64,000 nt of DNA from Acidimicrobiia bacterium (GTDB taxonomy: Bacteria; Actinomycetota; Acidimicrobiia; Spongiisociales; ZC4RG35). The stretch covers positions 1,007 to 65,006 of the forward strand of contig DASTOM010000024.1 of the NCBI GenBank assembly GCA_035762545.1. Reading direction: 5' to 3'. A program made the translations under genes and the position numbers. Positions 40,533 to 50,395 of this stretch are shown here, one piece after another; position 1 is the first letter of the stretch; the number at the start of each line of letters is the position of its first letter. Below the pieces are notes generated by a model. The model did not search any database, had not been told where the DNA came from, and saw only the letters and a program-made list of their open reading frames with translations.

Positions 40533-41090
40533 CTAGATCGGGACTTCGGGCGGCCTGGGCCTGGCCTGATGGAACTCGGCACGCGAGTTCTGCACCTGAG
40601 CGGTCAATTCGACGAGGAGGTGCTCCATCCGCTGTAACTTCCGCTCGATGTCGTCCTCGGCCTCGAGCCTGAGTCGGCGGGCCTCCCCCTCGGCACGACG
40701 GACGAGGATGTTCGCCTCCTCGACGGCCTCGGCCACGATGTTCGACTCGGCGACCAAAGCGTCGGCTTCCCTGCGGGCGTTGTCGATGATCTCCCGCGAT
40801 TTCTCGTTGGTGCGGGAGATGAATGCCTCACGCTCACGCACCATCCATCGCGCAGCGCGCAACTCGTCGGGCAGACTGGCGCGCAACCGCTCCAGCTTGC
40901 TCAGGAAGACCTCCCGGTCCACCAACGCGTTGGACGACAGCGGCATCATCTTCGCCTCGTGGAGATGGACGACCAGGTCGTCAACGATGTCGATGATGTC
41001 TTCGGTGTCGGCCGGGGTGACCGGGATCTCCACGGGATCAGTGGCATCCACGACCAGTTCGAGATCGGTCCTGGTATGTGACGTAGTCAT
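40533..41090 (-). CDS. conserved coiled-coil protein of unknown function
   Basis: 185 aa, acidic N-terminus then heptad-like REREAFISRTNEKSREIIDNARREADALVAESNIVAEAVEEANILVRRAEGEARRLR. Sits between coaD and yceD. Confidence 0.6.
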   Translation of the reverse strand: MTTSHTRTDLELVVDATDPVEIPVTPADTEDIIDIVDDLVVHLHEAKMMPLSSNALVDREVFLSKLERLRASLPDELRAARWMVREREAFISRTNEKSREIIDNARREADALVAESNIVAEAVEEANILVRRAEGEARRLRLEAEDDIERKLQRMEHLLVELTAQVQNSRAEFHQARPRPPEVPI

Positions 41091-41554
41091 GACAGTTTCT
41101 CCTTGAGTGCTTTCTCCACCACATCGGGAACCAGTCCGCCCACTGACCCTCCTAGACGCGCGATCTCCTTCACCAGCGACGAAGAGATGAACCGGTATTC
41201 GGGACGCGTCGGCAGGAAGAGAGTCTCCATCCCGGTCATGTGACGATTCATCTGTGCCATTTGCGTCTCGTACTCGTAATCCTCGATCGTGCGAAGACCC
41301 TTCACCACGACGTCTGCGCCGGTGTCCCTGACATGGTCGACCAGGAGGCCCGCGAAGGAGGTCACCTCGACGGTCTCGCCATACATCTCGCCGAGCAGAC
41401 TCATTCGCTCGTCCGGACCGAACAGCGACCGTTTCGACGGGTTGTCGATCACGGCCACGATCACCCGGTCGAACAACGCGATCGCCCGGCCGATCACATC
41501 GGTATGACCGTTGGTCGGGGGATCAAAGCTCCCCGGGCACAGTGCCTTGGTCAA
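41087..41554 (-). CDS. coaD: phosphopantetheine adenylyltransferase
   Basis: ALCPGSFDPPTNGHTDVI, ISSSLVKEI. Confidence 0.94.
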   Translation of the reverse strand: MTKALCPGSFDPPTNGHTDVIGRAIALFDRVIVAVIDNPSKRSLFGPDERMSLLGEMYGETVEVTSFAGLLVDHVRDTGADVVVKGLRTIEDYEYETQMAQMNRHMTGMETLFLPTRPEYRFISSSLVKEIARLGGSVGGLVPDVVEKALKEKLS

Positions 41555-42095
41555 CGTCTTCTACCTTCTCGTATCTGATGATTCTGGTATCCCCGTACCG
41601 TTTATCCGTGGCAACCCGCCAGTTTTTGGGTGGTGTCGGGGCGGTGTCTGTGTGTCGGCGGGAGACGACGACTTCACCGTCGACCAGGAGCAGTCGGTCG
41701 AGTGTGGCCAGGTCCTCGTTCATCTGCTCCGTCGAATCGGTCCACGGCGGGTCCATGAACACCAGATGGAACCGGTGGTTTGCCCTGTCCAGGTAGTCCT
41801 GAACGGTGCTCTCGATGATCGTCCCCCCGAGGCCGATCGTCCTGACGTTGGCGTGAAGTGCCTGCAGGGCCTTCCGTCCCCGCTCCACGAACACGGCTGA
41901 GGCGGCGCCCCGCGACAAGGCCTCCAGACCGAAAGAGCCGGATCCGGCGTAGAGGTCGGCGACCATCGCGTCCTCGACCCACGATCCGATGCTGGAGAAG
42001 ACCGCTTCCCGCACCCGGTCTGTGACCGGTCGGGTGTCCTTGGTGTCCGGTGACTTGAGCCTCCGGCCCCGAGCCGTTCCGGCGATGATCCTCAT
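41523..42095 (-). CDS. rsmD: 16S rRNA (guanine966-N2)-methyltransferase RsmD
   Basis: [38 protein letters not shown]. Confidence 0.9.
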   Translation of the reverse strand: MRIIAGTARGRRLKSPDTKDTRPVTDRVREAVFSSIGSWVEDAMVADLYAGSGSFGLEALSRGAASAVFVERGRKALQALHANVRTIGLGGTIIESTVQDYLDRANHRFHLVFMDPPWTDSTEQMNEDLATLDRLLLVDGEVVVSRRHTDTAPTPPKNWRVATDKRYGDTRIIRYEKVEDVDQGTVPGEL

Positions 42096-44260
42096 CAGGA
42101 GACGAACAGCCAGTCGACCTCGTCGCCGAGCATCGCCGCCACCTCGTCGAGGAGCTCGAGATGCTCGCCAAGCGCCGGGTCAGAGTCGACCAAGGCGAAT
42201 GCGTCCCGCCGGGCCACTGCCAGGATGTCGAAGTCGGCCAGGATGTCGGCGAGTTTCAGGTCTTTGACACCCGACTGGCGGGTCCCGAACACCGTCCCCT
42301 GTCCCCTGATTCGGAGGTCTTCCTCGGCAAGCCGGAAGCCGTCGGTCGTGGACACCATGGCAGCCAGACGTTCCTCGCCCTCGGTCGTGGTGGGGTCGGC
42401 GAGCAGGATGCACGCACCCGGAAACTCACCTCGTCCGACCCGACCTCGGAGCTGGTGCAGCTGGCTGAGCCCGAAGCGCTGGGCGTCTTCGATGACCATC
42501 ACCGTGGCGTTGGGGACATCGATCCCGACCTCGATGACGGTCGTCGACACCAGGACGTCGATGTCTCCTGCCCGGAACGCCGCCATGACCTGTTCTTTGT
42601 CGGCCGATCTCAGCTGACCGTGGATCAGCCCCACCCGGAGGTCGGGCATGAGGGCGGCGAGCCGCTCGGACTCGGCGGTCGCCGATGCAGCCTCGACCTT
42701 GGGGCTGTCCTCCACGAGCGGGCAGACCACGAACGCCTGCCTGCCCTTCGCCACCTCCGACTCGATCAGCCTCCAGGCGGTCTGCTCCTCCAGTTTCGAG
42801 ATCAGCCGGGTCTTCACCGGGGTCCTTCCCGGGGGCAGCTCGTCGATGATCGATACGTCGAGGTCCCCGTAGAGAGTCATCGAGAGCGTTCGCGGGATCG
42901 GTGTCGCCGTCATGATGAGGAGGTCGGGTTCGGCGACGTCCGCCTTCTCCTTGAGCATCACTCTCTGTGCCACTCCAAAGCGGTGTTGCTCGTCGACCAC
43001 GGCGACGCCTAACGCCTTGAACGAAACGCCCTCCTGGATCAGGGCATGGGTTCCGACGATGAGATCGACCTGGCCAGCGGCGACGTCCTCGGCCAACTCG
43101 GCTCGGGTGATGTCGGGGTTGTAGTTGGTGACGGCGGTCGACCCGGTGAGGAGGGCGACATGAACGGCCGGCCCCTCCGATCGCTCGGCGAAGAGGCTGT
43201 CCATCCCGAGATGGGACTCCCCGAGGGCAGGAGACAGGCCGGCGTCGGCGAGCAGGCCACGGACCCCGAGGTAGTGCTGCTCGGCGAGGACTTCGGTGGG
43301 TGCCATAAGCGCCCCCTGCCAACCCCCTTCGATCCCGCGGAGAAGGGTGGCCACCGCGACCACCGTTTTTCCCGAGCCCACCTCGCCCTGGAGCAGCCGG
43401 TGCATGGGGTGGCCCTGGGCCAGGTCCGCCTCGATCTCGTCGAGGACCCGCTCTTGCGCCCGGGTCAGGTCGTAGGGCAGACCGTCGAGGAACCTCGTCA
43501 CCAACTCCCCGGTGAACACGTGCTCGATGCCGATCGAACTCAGCATCTGGTGGCGTTTTTGGAGGGCGAGCGCCAGTTCGAGACGGAAGAGCTCGTCGTA
43601 GACCAGTCGTCGCCGCGCCGGCCCCACCTGGTCGAGGCTGTCGGGGAAGTGGATCTGGCTGAAGGCGTCGCTCCGCTCCATGAGGCCGTTGGCCGCCTTC
43701 AGTTCGGTCGGCACCGTGTCGTGGATCGGTTGGGAACGAGCGATGGCGTTGTGAATCGCCCGTCGCAGATACCCGGGGGCGACGCCCCCGACACTGGAGT
43801 GAACCGGGACGACACGTCCGACGGTCAGGCCCTCGGCCTCAGATCCCAAGACGTCTACCTCGGGTGATTTCATCTGCAGCGTGCCCCGGAAAGACTCGAC
43901 CTCACCCGAGAGCGCCACCTCGGTCGCACTGTCCAATTGACGAACCCGGAAGCTCTGGTTGAACCAGACACACTTGATCCGTGCCGAGTCGTCCTCGACG
44001 ACCGCCTCGATGATGTGGAGATTGCGGCGGGGCCGACGATCCTTCACCGACACGACCGTTCCGATGATCGTGACCTCCTGACCGATCGGGACCTGGGCGA
44101 TCGGTGACTTCCTCGATCGATCGATGTAGCGACGGGGGACATGATGGAGCAGATCGGCGACGCTCGAGATCCCGTTCTGTTTGAGGGATTCGGCTCTCTT
44201 GCCCCCGAGACCCTTGACCTCGGCGACGTCGACGGCGGCGAGACGGCTCAGTGATGCCAC
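42095..44260 (-). CDS. recG: ATP-dependent DNA helicase RecG
   Basis: 721 aa. Wedge/OB N-domain, [43 protein letters not shown]. Confidence 0.95.
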   Translation of the reverse strand: MASLSRLAAVDVAEVKGLGGKRAESLKQNGISSVADLLHHVPRRYIDRSRKSPIAQVPIGQEVTIIGTVVSVKDRRPRRNLHIIEAVVEDDSARIKCVWFNQSFRVRQLDSATEVALSGEVESFRGTLQMKSPEVDVLGSEAEGLTVGRVVPVHSSVGGVAPGYLRRAIHNAIARSQPIHDTVPTELKAANGLMERSDAFSQIHFPDSLDQVGPARRRLVYDELFRLELALALQKRHQMLSSIGIEHVFTGELVTRFLDGLPYDLTRAQERVLDEIEADLAQGHPMHRLLQGEVGSGKTVVAVATLLRGIEGGWQGALMAPTEVLAEQHYLGVRGLLADAGLSPALGESHLGMDSLFAERSEGPAVHVALLTGSTAVTNYNPDITRAELAEDVAAGQVDLIVGTHALIQEGVSFKALGVAVVDEQHRFGVAQRVMLKEKADVAEPDLLIMTATPIPRTLSMTLYGDLDVSIIDELPPGRTPVKTRLISKLEEQTAWRLIESEVAKGRQAFVVCPLVEDSPKVEAASATAESERLAALMPDLRVGLIHGQLRSADKEQVMAAFRAGDIDVLVSTTVIEVGIDVPNATVMVIEDAQRFGLSQLHQLRGRVGRGEFPGACILLADPTTTEGEERLAAMVSTTDGFRLAEEDLRIRGQGTVFGTRQSGVKDLKLADILADFDILAVARRDAFALVDSDPALGEHLELLDEVAAMLGDEVDWLFVS

Positions 44261-44369
44261 GGTTGTGGACGTTACCGTCGGAGTGGGACTTGCCCGGACT
44301 GGTCGCTATCATCCGGTCTGGTCTACGGGTTTCCCCGTACGCTCAATGAACACTCCAGGAGTTCTTGTC

Positions 44370-44558
44370 ATGTCTTATCGCTGCGAGGTCTGCGGAAAAG
44401 AGCCGAGTTACGGCAAGACCGTCAGCTTCTCCCACAAGCGAAACAATCGACGCTGGCTACCCAACATCCAGAGGATTCGGGTGAAGAACGGCTCCAACAC
44501 CCGTCGCGCCCGTGTCTGCACCTCGTGCATTCGGGCCGGCAAGGTCGTCAAGGCGTAA
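44370..44558 (+). CDS. rpmB: 50S ribosomal protein L28
   Basis: [38 protein letters not shown]. Internal ATG of track ORF 44181..44558. Confidence 0.92.
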   Translation: MSYRCEVCGKEPSYGKTVSFSHKRNNRRWLPNIQRIRVKNGSNTRRARVCTSCIRAGKVVKA

Positions 44559-44575
44559 CCACTAGTCTCCGCTCC

Positions 44576-44791
44576 ATGGACCAGGGCGTCGTCAAGACCT
44601 ATGACCCGGTGACGGGTGTGGGCATCGTCGTGCGGGACGCCGACCGGTCCGAAGTCTTCCTTCGCTCGGGGTCCCTCAAGGGATCCGTCTTCCGCACCCT
44701 CCGCCAGGGCCAACGACTCCTCTTCGACACCGTCGAGGAGGACGGCCAGACCTTCATCTCCTCGGTCCGTCTCGGCCAGGACGGCTACTAG
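44576..44791 (+). CDS. small cold-shock-domain-like (OB-fold) protein
   Basis: MDQGVVKTYDPVTGVGIVVRDADRSEVFLRSGSLKGSVFRTLRQGQRLLFDTVEEDG, 71 aa. Family-level call only. Confidence 0.6.
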   Translation: MDQGVVKTYDPVTGVGIVVRDADRSEVFLRSGSLKGSVFRTLRQGQRLLFDTVEEDGQTFISSVRLGQDGY

Positions 44792-44999
44792 ACCCGGTCG
44801 TCTCCGGTGACGACGGTGCAGAGAGGTGCCTCTGTGGCGCTTTCCCGCACGCTCGGCTCCATGGGCCTGAGCGAGTGTTCACATGTGTGCCTGTCAGCCA
44901 CCTTCCTGCACACTCGATGATCGGGCAACGCCCAACCCCGGCACCACTCGTTCCGCTTTCACTAGTGTCGCTCGCCTACCTGAGCGATAGGAGGCTCAC

Positions 45000-45233
45000 T
45001 TGGTCCAGGCTTATGTCCTGATCCAGACGGAGGTCGGTAAGGCAGCCGTCGTTGCAGAGGAAGTTCGCGAGATCCCCGGCGTGGATAGCGCCGACGATGT
45101 CACCGGGCCATATGACGTGATCGTCAAGGCCAGCAGCGAGGACGTCGACTCGCTAGGAAAGCTGGTCGTGGCCAGGATCCAGGCTGTGGATGGCATCACT
45201 CGAACCCTCACCTGCCCGGTAGTACACCTCTAA
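45000..45233 (+). CDS. stand-alone Lrp/AsnC ligand-binding (RAM) domain protein
   Basis: TTG start with AGGAGG 7 nt upstream. VQAYVLIQTEVGKAAVVAEEVREIPGVDSADDVTGPYDVIVKA, 77 aa, no HTH. Confidence 0.75.
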   Translation: MVQAYVLIQTEVGKAAVVAEEVREIPGVDSADDVTGPYDVIVKASSEDVDSLGKLVVARIQAVDGITRTLTCPVVHL

Positions 45234-45241
45234 GCCCTAGC

Positions 45242-46315
45242 TCAACCAAGTTTCGAGGCGATGGTGCCCGCACTTCGGAGTGCGGTGCCGTCGCTGCCCG
45301 CGGTGGAGAAGACACGAGTCGGTCCGGACGCCGCCTCCGCCAGCATGTCCCGGAAGAGGTCCGCCCGGGAGATCGGTGGATCGATCCAGAGGTAGACCGA
45401 CATCGACCCGGGGATCGTGTTCACCTCGTTGACGAAGAGCTCACCGTCCTTCTCCAGGAAGTCGATGCGTGCGATCCCGCGGAGACCGGCAACGTCGGTC
45501 ACCCTTCTGGAAAGCTCCCTGATCCCCTTCTCGATGGTCGCGTCGATCGACGCCGGCAGCTCTCGGCCGGTGCTCACCTCGCCACCCCACGCCAGGTACT
45601 TCTGGTCGTAGCTGTAGATTCCGTCGCCGGAGCGGGCCGGGGCCTCGACGGCGGAGAGTTGCCACTCGGGATAGGTACGGACCGCCACCTGCAGGTCACG
45701 GCTTCCGGCGATGAACGGTTCCACCACTGCCCCCTGATCGAAGAAGCGGGACGACGCCTTCAGGGCCAGCACCGTGACCCAGTCTTCCGCGATCTCGATA
45801 CCGATCGATGAACCACCGAACCGCGGCTTGACGATGAACGGGCCGTCGAAGCTGGGTGCGGCCTCCTCGCCGGTCGTCACCAGCGTGCGGGGTAGCGTTG
45901 GCAGCCCGGCTGCAGCCATCGCCGAGCCGAATGCGAGCTTGTCCATGCCGAGCGCCGAGGCGGCTTGACCCGGGCCGGTGTAGCGCAGACCCGCCAGATC
46001 GAGCATCCCCTGGAGTGTCCCGTCCTCGCCGGGCCCGCCGTGACAGGCGATCAGCACGGCATCGAGGGAGATCGGCTTCTTCCTGGAAACGAATCCCTGG
46101 CCCGGTGCCCCAACGAAGCTGATCTCACGGGCCTTGCGGGGCACGCCGTCGACGAAATCGCCCGCCTCGAGGTCGGAGTCCAGGTGGTACCAGTCCCCCG
46201 ACTTCGACCAGTAGATCGTCTCGATCCCGTCGAGGGCGTGGGCGACCTGAAGGCCGGTGAGGATCGAGATGTCGTGCTCGTCCGATGGTCCGCCGAATAC
46301 GACTGCTGAGGTCAT
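45242..46315 (-). CDS. ddl: D-alanine--D-alanine ligase
   Basis: 357 aa. VVFGGPSDEHDISILTG, HGGPGEDGTLQG, FIVKPRFGGSSIG, EVNTIPG. Confidence 0.92.
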   Translation of the reverse strand: MTSAVVFGGPSDEHDISILTGLQVAHALDGIETIYWSKSGDWYHLDSDLEAGDFVDGVPRKAREISFVGAPGQGFVSRKKPISLDAVLIACHGGPGEDGTLQGMLDLAGLRYTGPGQAASALGMDKLAFGSAMAAAGLPTLPRTLVTTGEEAAPSFDGPFIVKPRFGGSSIGIEIAEDWVTVLALKASSRFFDQGAVVEPFIAGSRDLQVAVRTYPEWQLSAVEAPARSGDGIYSYDQKYLAWGGEVSTGRELPASIDATIEKGIRELSRRVTDVAGLRGIARIDFLEKDGELFVNEVNTIPGSMSVYLWIDPPISRADLFRDMLAEAASGPTRVFSTAGSDGTALRSAGTIASKLG

Positions 46316-46319
46316 TTGC

Positions 46320-47795
46320 TCATGGATAGTGGTCGGGGAGGTCGTTTTCGTAGAGGACCGCGTCGCCCGGGCCCATGTTCTGCTTGACCCAATCGATTGC
46401 CTCTGCTCTCGAGTTCACGACGGTAACCGACGCCGTTCCGTTGGCGGAACCTCTGAACAATGCCTCCCGGTTGGTGCGGCCGACGATCACCAGGTCATTG
46501 GCGAGCATCGACGCCTTCTTGGCGAACTCCTCGTTCTCCTCATCCTGCACCTTGCCCAATTCGACCATGCCCGGTGTGACGACGGCCTTGCGTCCTTCGG
46601 GCGAGGCCTTGGCCAGGGCAAGAAGCGCCGACCCCGCCCCATCGGGATTCGAGTTGAAGGTGTCGTCGATGATCGTGAAGCCAGCACCGCTCTGGATGAT
46701 CGACTGACGGTGCTCTGCTTTCGGCAAATCTCTAGTTCTTCCCAGCACCGAGCCAGGGTCAACACCCAGCGCCGAACATATGCCGAGGGCCACGGCGAGG
46801 TTGACACCGAAGACGTCTTCAGGAGCATCGGTAACCCGGTTGCCGTCGACATGAATTCCGCCAATTGCCGAGACCTCGATGATTCGCATGTCGGATTTGC
46901 GCTCGTCGGCGACCTCCCGTAGCTCCGCGTAGTCGACACAGATCACGCCGACGTCTGCTCTGTCGAGGATCTCCGACTTGGCCCGGGCGATGTCTCTCGT
47001 CGTTCCGAACCGCTCCAGATGCACTGGCCCGATCGAGACCATGGCACCGATGTCGGGGGACATCCACTCACACAACTCGGCGATCTCCCCATATCCATAG
47101 GTGCCCATCTCAGCGATGAAGACCTCCGTCCCCGGGGTCAGGTTCTCGTTGATCGCACGAGCGAGGCCCATACGGTTGTTGAAGGAAGCCGGACTGGCCA
47201 CCACTCGCATCGACCCGCCGAGGATGTGCGCCAAGTAGGCCTTGGTGGTCGTCTTTCCGTAGGAGCCGGTGATGGCCACGACCTTTGGCCCCACGGCTCG
47301 GAGCTTGGCGGACGCCTTCTCCACCCATTGATCGCCCTGACGATTCTCATAGGGGCGCAGCATCCAGAGGGCGACATCGATCAGCACAGGGAGAAGGACC
47401 AGAGCCAGCGCGACCAACCACTGAAGGTCGAGCAGCCCTCCGATGGCCAGCAGTACGAGATATGGGAACCCAGCCAAGAAAGCGACTCGACGAAGACGGG
47501 CGGTCCATGCCAAGGGTGATGTGACCCCCTTCACGGAGAGTCCGACAGGGCCGACTGCAATCACCACCGGGGCGACGAAGACAAACCATGGTTCCAAGAG
47601 TGCCGAGAAGAAGACCAACCCGATCGCAGTGGTGATGAGGAACCGATTGACGAAGCCCGTGCCGAACCACCACCGATCGGCGAACTTCCTCACCTCCCAG
47701 GGGATGTAGTGCTCCCGTTGGGCAACCCGCAGCCAGCGCAGACCAGCAGGGACCGCCGCCAGGACACAGGCTCCAACGAGCAGCCAGATCATCAT
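46320..47795 (-). CDS. membrane-anchored Mur-ligase family protein (MurF-like catalytic core, N-terminal domain replaced by about 4 TM helices)
   Basis: The first ~140 aa is hydrophobic (IWLLVGACVLAAVPAGL, FLITTAIGLVFFSALLEPWFVFVAPVVIAV, LAGFPYLVLLAIGGLL, LVALALVLLPVLIDVALW). Then ITGSYGKTTTK, SFNNRMGLA, DDTFNSNPDG, PGMVELG, which are typical of MurF. Confidence 0.8.
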   Translation of the reverse strand: MMIWLLVGACVLAAVPAGLRWLRVAQREHYIPWEVRKFADRWWFGTGFVNRFLITTAIGLVFFSALLEPWFVFVAPVVIAVGPVGLSVKGVTSPLAWTARLRRVAFLAGFPYLVLLAIGGLLDLQWLVALALVLLPVLIDVALWMLRPYENRQGDQWVEKASAKLRAVGPKVVAITGSYGKTTTKAYLAHILGGSMRVVASPASFNNRMGLARAINENLTPGTEVFIAEMGTYGYGEIAELCEWMSPDIGAMVSIGPVHLERFGTTRDIARAKSEILDRADVGVICVDYAELREVADERKSDMRIIEVSAIGGIHVDGNRVTDAPEDVFGVNLAVALGICSALGVDPGSVLGRTRDLPKAEHRQSIIQSGAGFTIIDDTFNSNPDGAGSALLALAKASPEGRKAVVTPGMVELGKVQDEENEEFAKKASMLANDLVIVGRTNREALFRGSANGTASVTVVNSRAEAIDWVKQNMGPGDAVLYENDLPDHYP

Positions 47796-48523
47796 CGCAA
47801 GGCCGACTCGACTGCGGATCGAAGGACCTCGGGCGCCTCCAAGGGCACGAAGTGGCCGACTCCGGGCAAGACCTCGAGTGTGGAATCGGACAACAGAGCC
47901 GAGGCTGCCTCGGCGACGGAAACCGGGACGTCGCGGTCGTTGGCGCCCCAGACCAGCCTCACGGGCTGCTCGATCCGGCTCAATTGGCCCTCATAGCTCT
48001 CGTTGACCACCTTGACCAGGATGTCTCTCATCAAGCCGTTGGCGGCCCTGTAGTCGGCGGAGCCTCGCTTCTTCTTCTGCCGCTCCAGACGATCGTCGGA
48101 GACCACTCCCACCTTGTTGAGCCAACGTGCGGCGCGGTATCCCACCGGCGGTCTCCGGCCGGTCTCGAGACGAATCAAGGGAACACCGGTCAACACCAAC
48201 GGGCCAACCGAATCGGGGTATTTCGCCGCCAGACACACCGCGACCCTGCCGCCGAACGAATGACCTACCAGGACTGGAGGCCTATCGAATTTGTCGAGTA
48301 TCCCGGCGAGAATGTCGGCATAGGACTCTGCGCCGATGACTTCGCCCGGCTCGGGCGAAGCACCAAAGCCTGGGAGGTCCGGTGCGATTCCAGAAACCCC
48401 ATCAAAGACGCGGGCAAAATCGTTGCCCCGCCGCGCCCAGCCGTGCAATGCGAGCACCTCGGGTGGCCCATCGCCGTACACCTCGGCAAAGAGAGTGCCT
48501 TCAAGGAACGAGCGCAGAGCCAA
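47792..48523 (-). CDS. alpha/beta hydrolase
   Basis: LALHGWARRGNDF, GHSFGG nucleophile elbow, PGVGHFVPLE. TTG 48523 is chosen; the track ORF start (48745) adds non-homologous sequence that overlaps the kinase gene. The stop overlaps the Mur-ligase start (ATGA). Confidence 0.75.
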   Translation of the reverse strand: MALRSFLEGTLFAEVYGDGPPEVLALHGWARRGNDFARVFDGVSGIAPDLPGFGASPEPGEVIGAESYADILAGILDKFDRPPVLVGHSFGGRVAVCLAAKYPDSVGPLVLTGVPLIRLETGRRPPVGYRAARWLNKVGVVSDDRLERQKKKRGSADYRAANGLMRDILVKVVNESYEGQLSRIEQPVRLVWGANDRDVPVSVAEAASALLSDSTLEVLPGVGHFVPLEAPEVLRSAVESALR

Positions 48524-48583
48524 AGAGAATCCTCTATCAGGGCGGGAGAAACGCCGAGAATACTTACGTGAGGGTGGAATCCG

Positions 48584-50395
48584 GTGACTAGCGAGAGCGT
48601 CTATCCCAGCGTGAACGAGTCGATGGCTCGCTTCAGGTCCTCGTTGCTGCGCAGGGCCTCTGCTGTCGCGTGGATAGTCCTGATAATCATCGGTTACCAG
48701 GCAATCCAGGTCCAGTTGCCCGACGGGAGCCAACTCTTCACCCAACCCGAGTTCTTCATCCCGATGATCGGGCTGGCCGTCCTCCTGGTCCTGTCATCGG
48801 CGATCCGCTGGGACCGAATCATGAGATCCGCGGCTGCGCCATGGGCGGCAACCGGATGGCTGCTCGGTCTGATCGCCGGAATCACCGCTCTGGCCCGCAT
48901 ACCCGACCTGGAAGCCGCCGCGTTGCCGATCCTGTTCGGCATCGCAGCCGTCTCCGGTCTGCTTCTGGTGTGGTGGGCCCATGCGTTGGTAACGGTGATC
49001 ATCGGGCTGGCTGTCACATTCATCGCGATCACGAGTGGCGAAGCCGCCGATGTGACGGACGTCATCGCCACGATCGTCGTGGTCTTCGTCGTTGCAGCAG
49101 CCACTGCCCTGGTCGGGTTCGAGTTCGAGAAAGAGGCGCGCACCTCCTTCGGCAAGGAAGCGATGCTGGAGCAGCAACGGCTCGACTTCGAGCGTCTCTA
49201 CGCAGTGAGTGCCACCCTCGCCAGAGCAGAGTCGCTCGCCGAGATCGTCCCCCACCTCGTAGGCACGATCTGCAAGTACCTGGACGCCCAGGTAGGGGTA
49301 GTCCTCCTCCACGACGGGGATCTGCAACGTCTCGAGGTGATGAGCCCGATCTGGGTGAACGGATATCCGCTGGACACCGAGGCGATATCGGTGGAGATCA
49401 ATGCGCCGAGCGTTGTCGCCCAGACCTACCGCGCCGCCAAGCCGATCTATGTGAAACGGATCGATGACGACACAGACTCACACGTCCTCCTGAAAGACCT
49501 CGGGCTCAAACAAGCCCTTGTCGCTCCGCTCAAGGTCGAGTCGATGCGGGTCGGGGTGATCGTGGTCGGCGATCCCTATCAGGGTGACTTCACGGAGGAA
49601 CAGCTGGAACAGTTGGGCTCGCTCGCCGCCCCCGCCGGTCTGGTCCTGAGTCAGATCGGGAGGTACGAGGCACAGGCGGAGATGACCCGTCGTCTCGAGG
49701 AAGTCGCCCAGATGAAGTCCGACTTCGTTTCGACGGTCAGCCACGAGCTTCGCAGCCCGCTCACATCCATCATCGGTTCCCTGGACACGGTCAATCGTCC
49801 CGAGCTGGCACCCACCGAGCCCACCTCCCAGCAGCTCCTCATAAGCGCTCGCCGCCAGGCCGGACGCCTCCAGCGGCTGATCGAGGACTTGCTGGTCGTC
49901 TCCCGGATCGACCGTGGCGCCATACCGGTCCACCCCGAGATCGTGGACATCCAGAGCATGTTCGAGGAGGTCAACCGTGTCGTCTCGATCGAACCCTCGA
50001 TGACCGTGGAGCCCCCCGACCTCGCCGTCTTCGCCGACCGCGACCACTTCTCACGCATCCTGATCAACCTGGTCGAGAATGCTGCCAAGTACGCCCCCGA
50101 TTCCCCGGTCGAGCTCTACGCGTGGCGAAAGAACCAGCGAGCCTTGATCGCCGTGGTCGACCACGGCCCCGGCATCCCCGAGGGGGCCCGCGAGAGCATC
50201 TTCGATCGGTTCACCCAATTGGATCAGTCGGACACCCGCTCGAGGGGCGGAACCGGTCTCGGCCTATCGATCGTGAAGAGCCTCACCGAAGTGATGCACG
50301 GGTCGGTCCGGGTCGAGGCCACCGAAGGCGGCGGGGCGACTTTCGTGCTCGATCTGCCGGGAGCCCCGGCGAACATCCCTGCGGCGCGGGTCTAG
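48584..50395 (+). CDS. sensor histidine kinase with multi-TM N-terminus and GAF domain
   Basis: 603 aa. H-box FVSTVSHELRSPLTSI, N-box LINLVENAAKY, G-boxes DHGPGI / GGTGLGLSIV. No response regulator is adjacent. Confidence 0.88.
   Translation: MTSESVYPSVNESMARFRSSLLRRASAVAWIVLIIIGYQAIQVQLPDGSQLFTQPEFFIPMIGLAVLLVLSSAIRWDRIMRSAAAPWAATGWLLGLIAGITALARIPDLEAAALPILFGIAAVSGLLLVWWAHALVTVIIGLAVTFIAITSGEAADVTDVIATIVVVFVVAAATALVGFEFEKEARTSFGKEAMLEQQRLDFERLYAVSATLARAESLAEIVPHLVGTICKYLDAQVGVVLLHDGDLQRLEVMSPIWVNGYPLDTEAISVEINAPSVVAQTYRAAKPIYVKRIDDDTDSHVLLKDLGLKQALVAPLKVESMRVGVIVVGDPYQGDFTEEQLEQLGSLAAPAGLVLSQIGRYEAQAEMTRRLEEVAQMKSDFVSTVSHELRSPLTSIIGSLDTVNRPELAPTEPTSQQLLISARRQAGRLQRLIEDLLVVSRIDRGAIPVHPEIVDIQSMFEEVNRVVSIEPSMTVEPPDLAVFADRDHFSRILINLVENAAKYAPDSPVELYAWRKNQRALIAVVDHGPGIPEGARESIFDRFTQLDQSDTRSRGGTGLGLSIVKSLTEVMHGSVRVEATEGGGATFVLDLPGAPANIPAARV

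Noticed and set aside
48584-50395. Histidine kinase without a partner, considered as part of a novel signalling module with fabI or the Mur-ligase operon.
   Set aside because: Orphan kinases are common. The neighbours are convergent or divergent housekeeping genes, and nothing in the sequence links them functionally.
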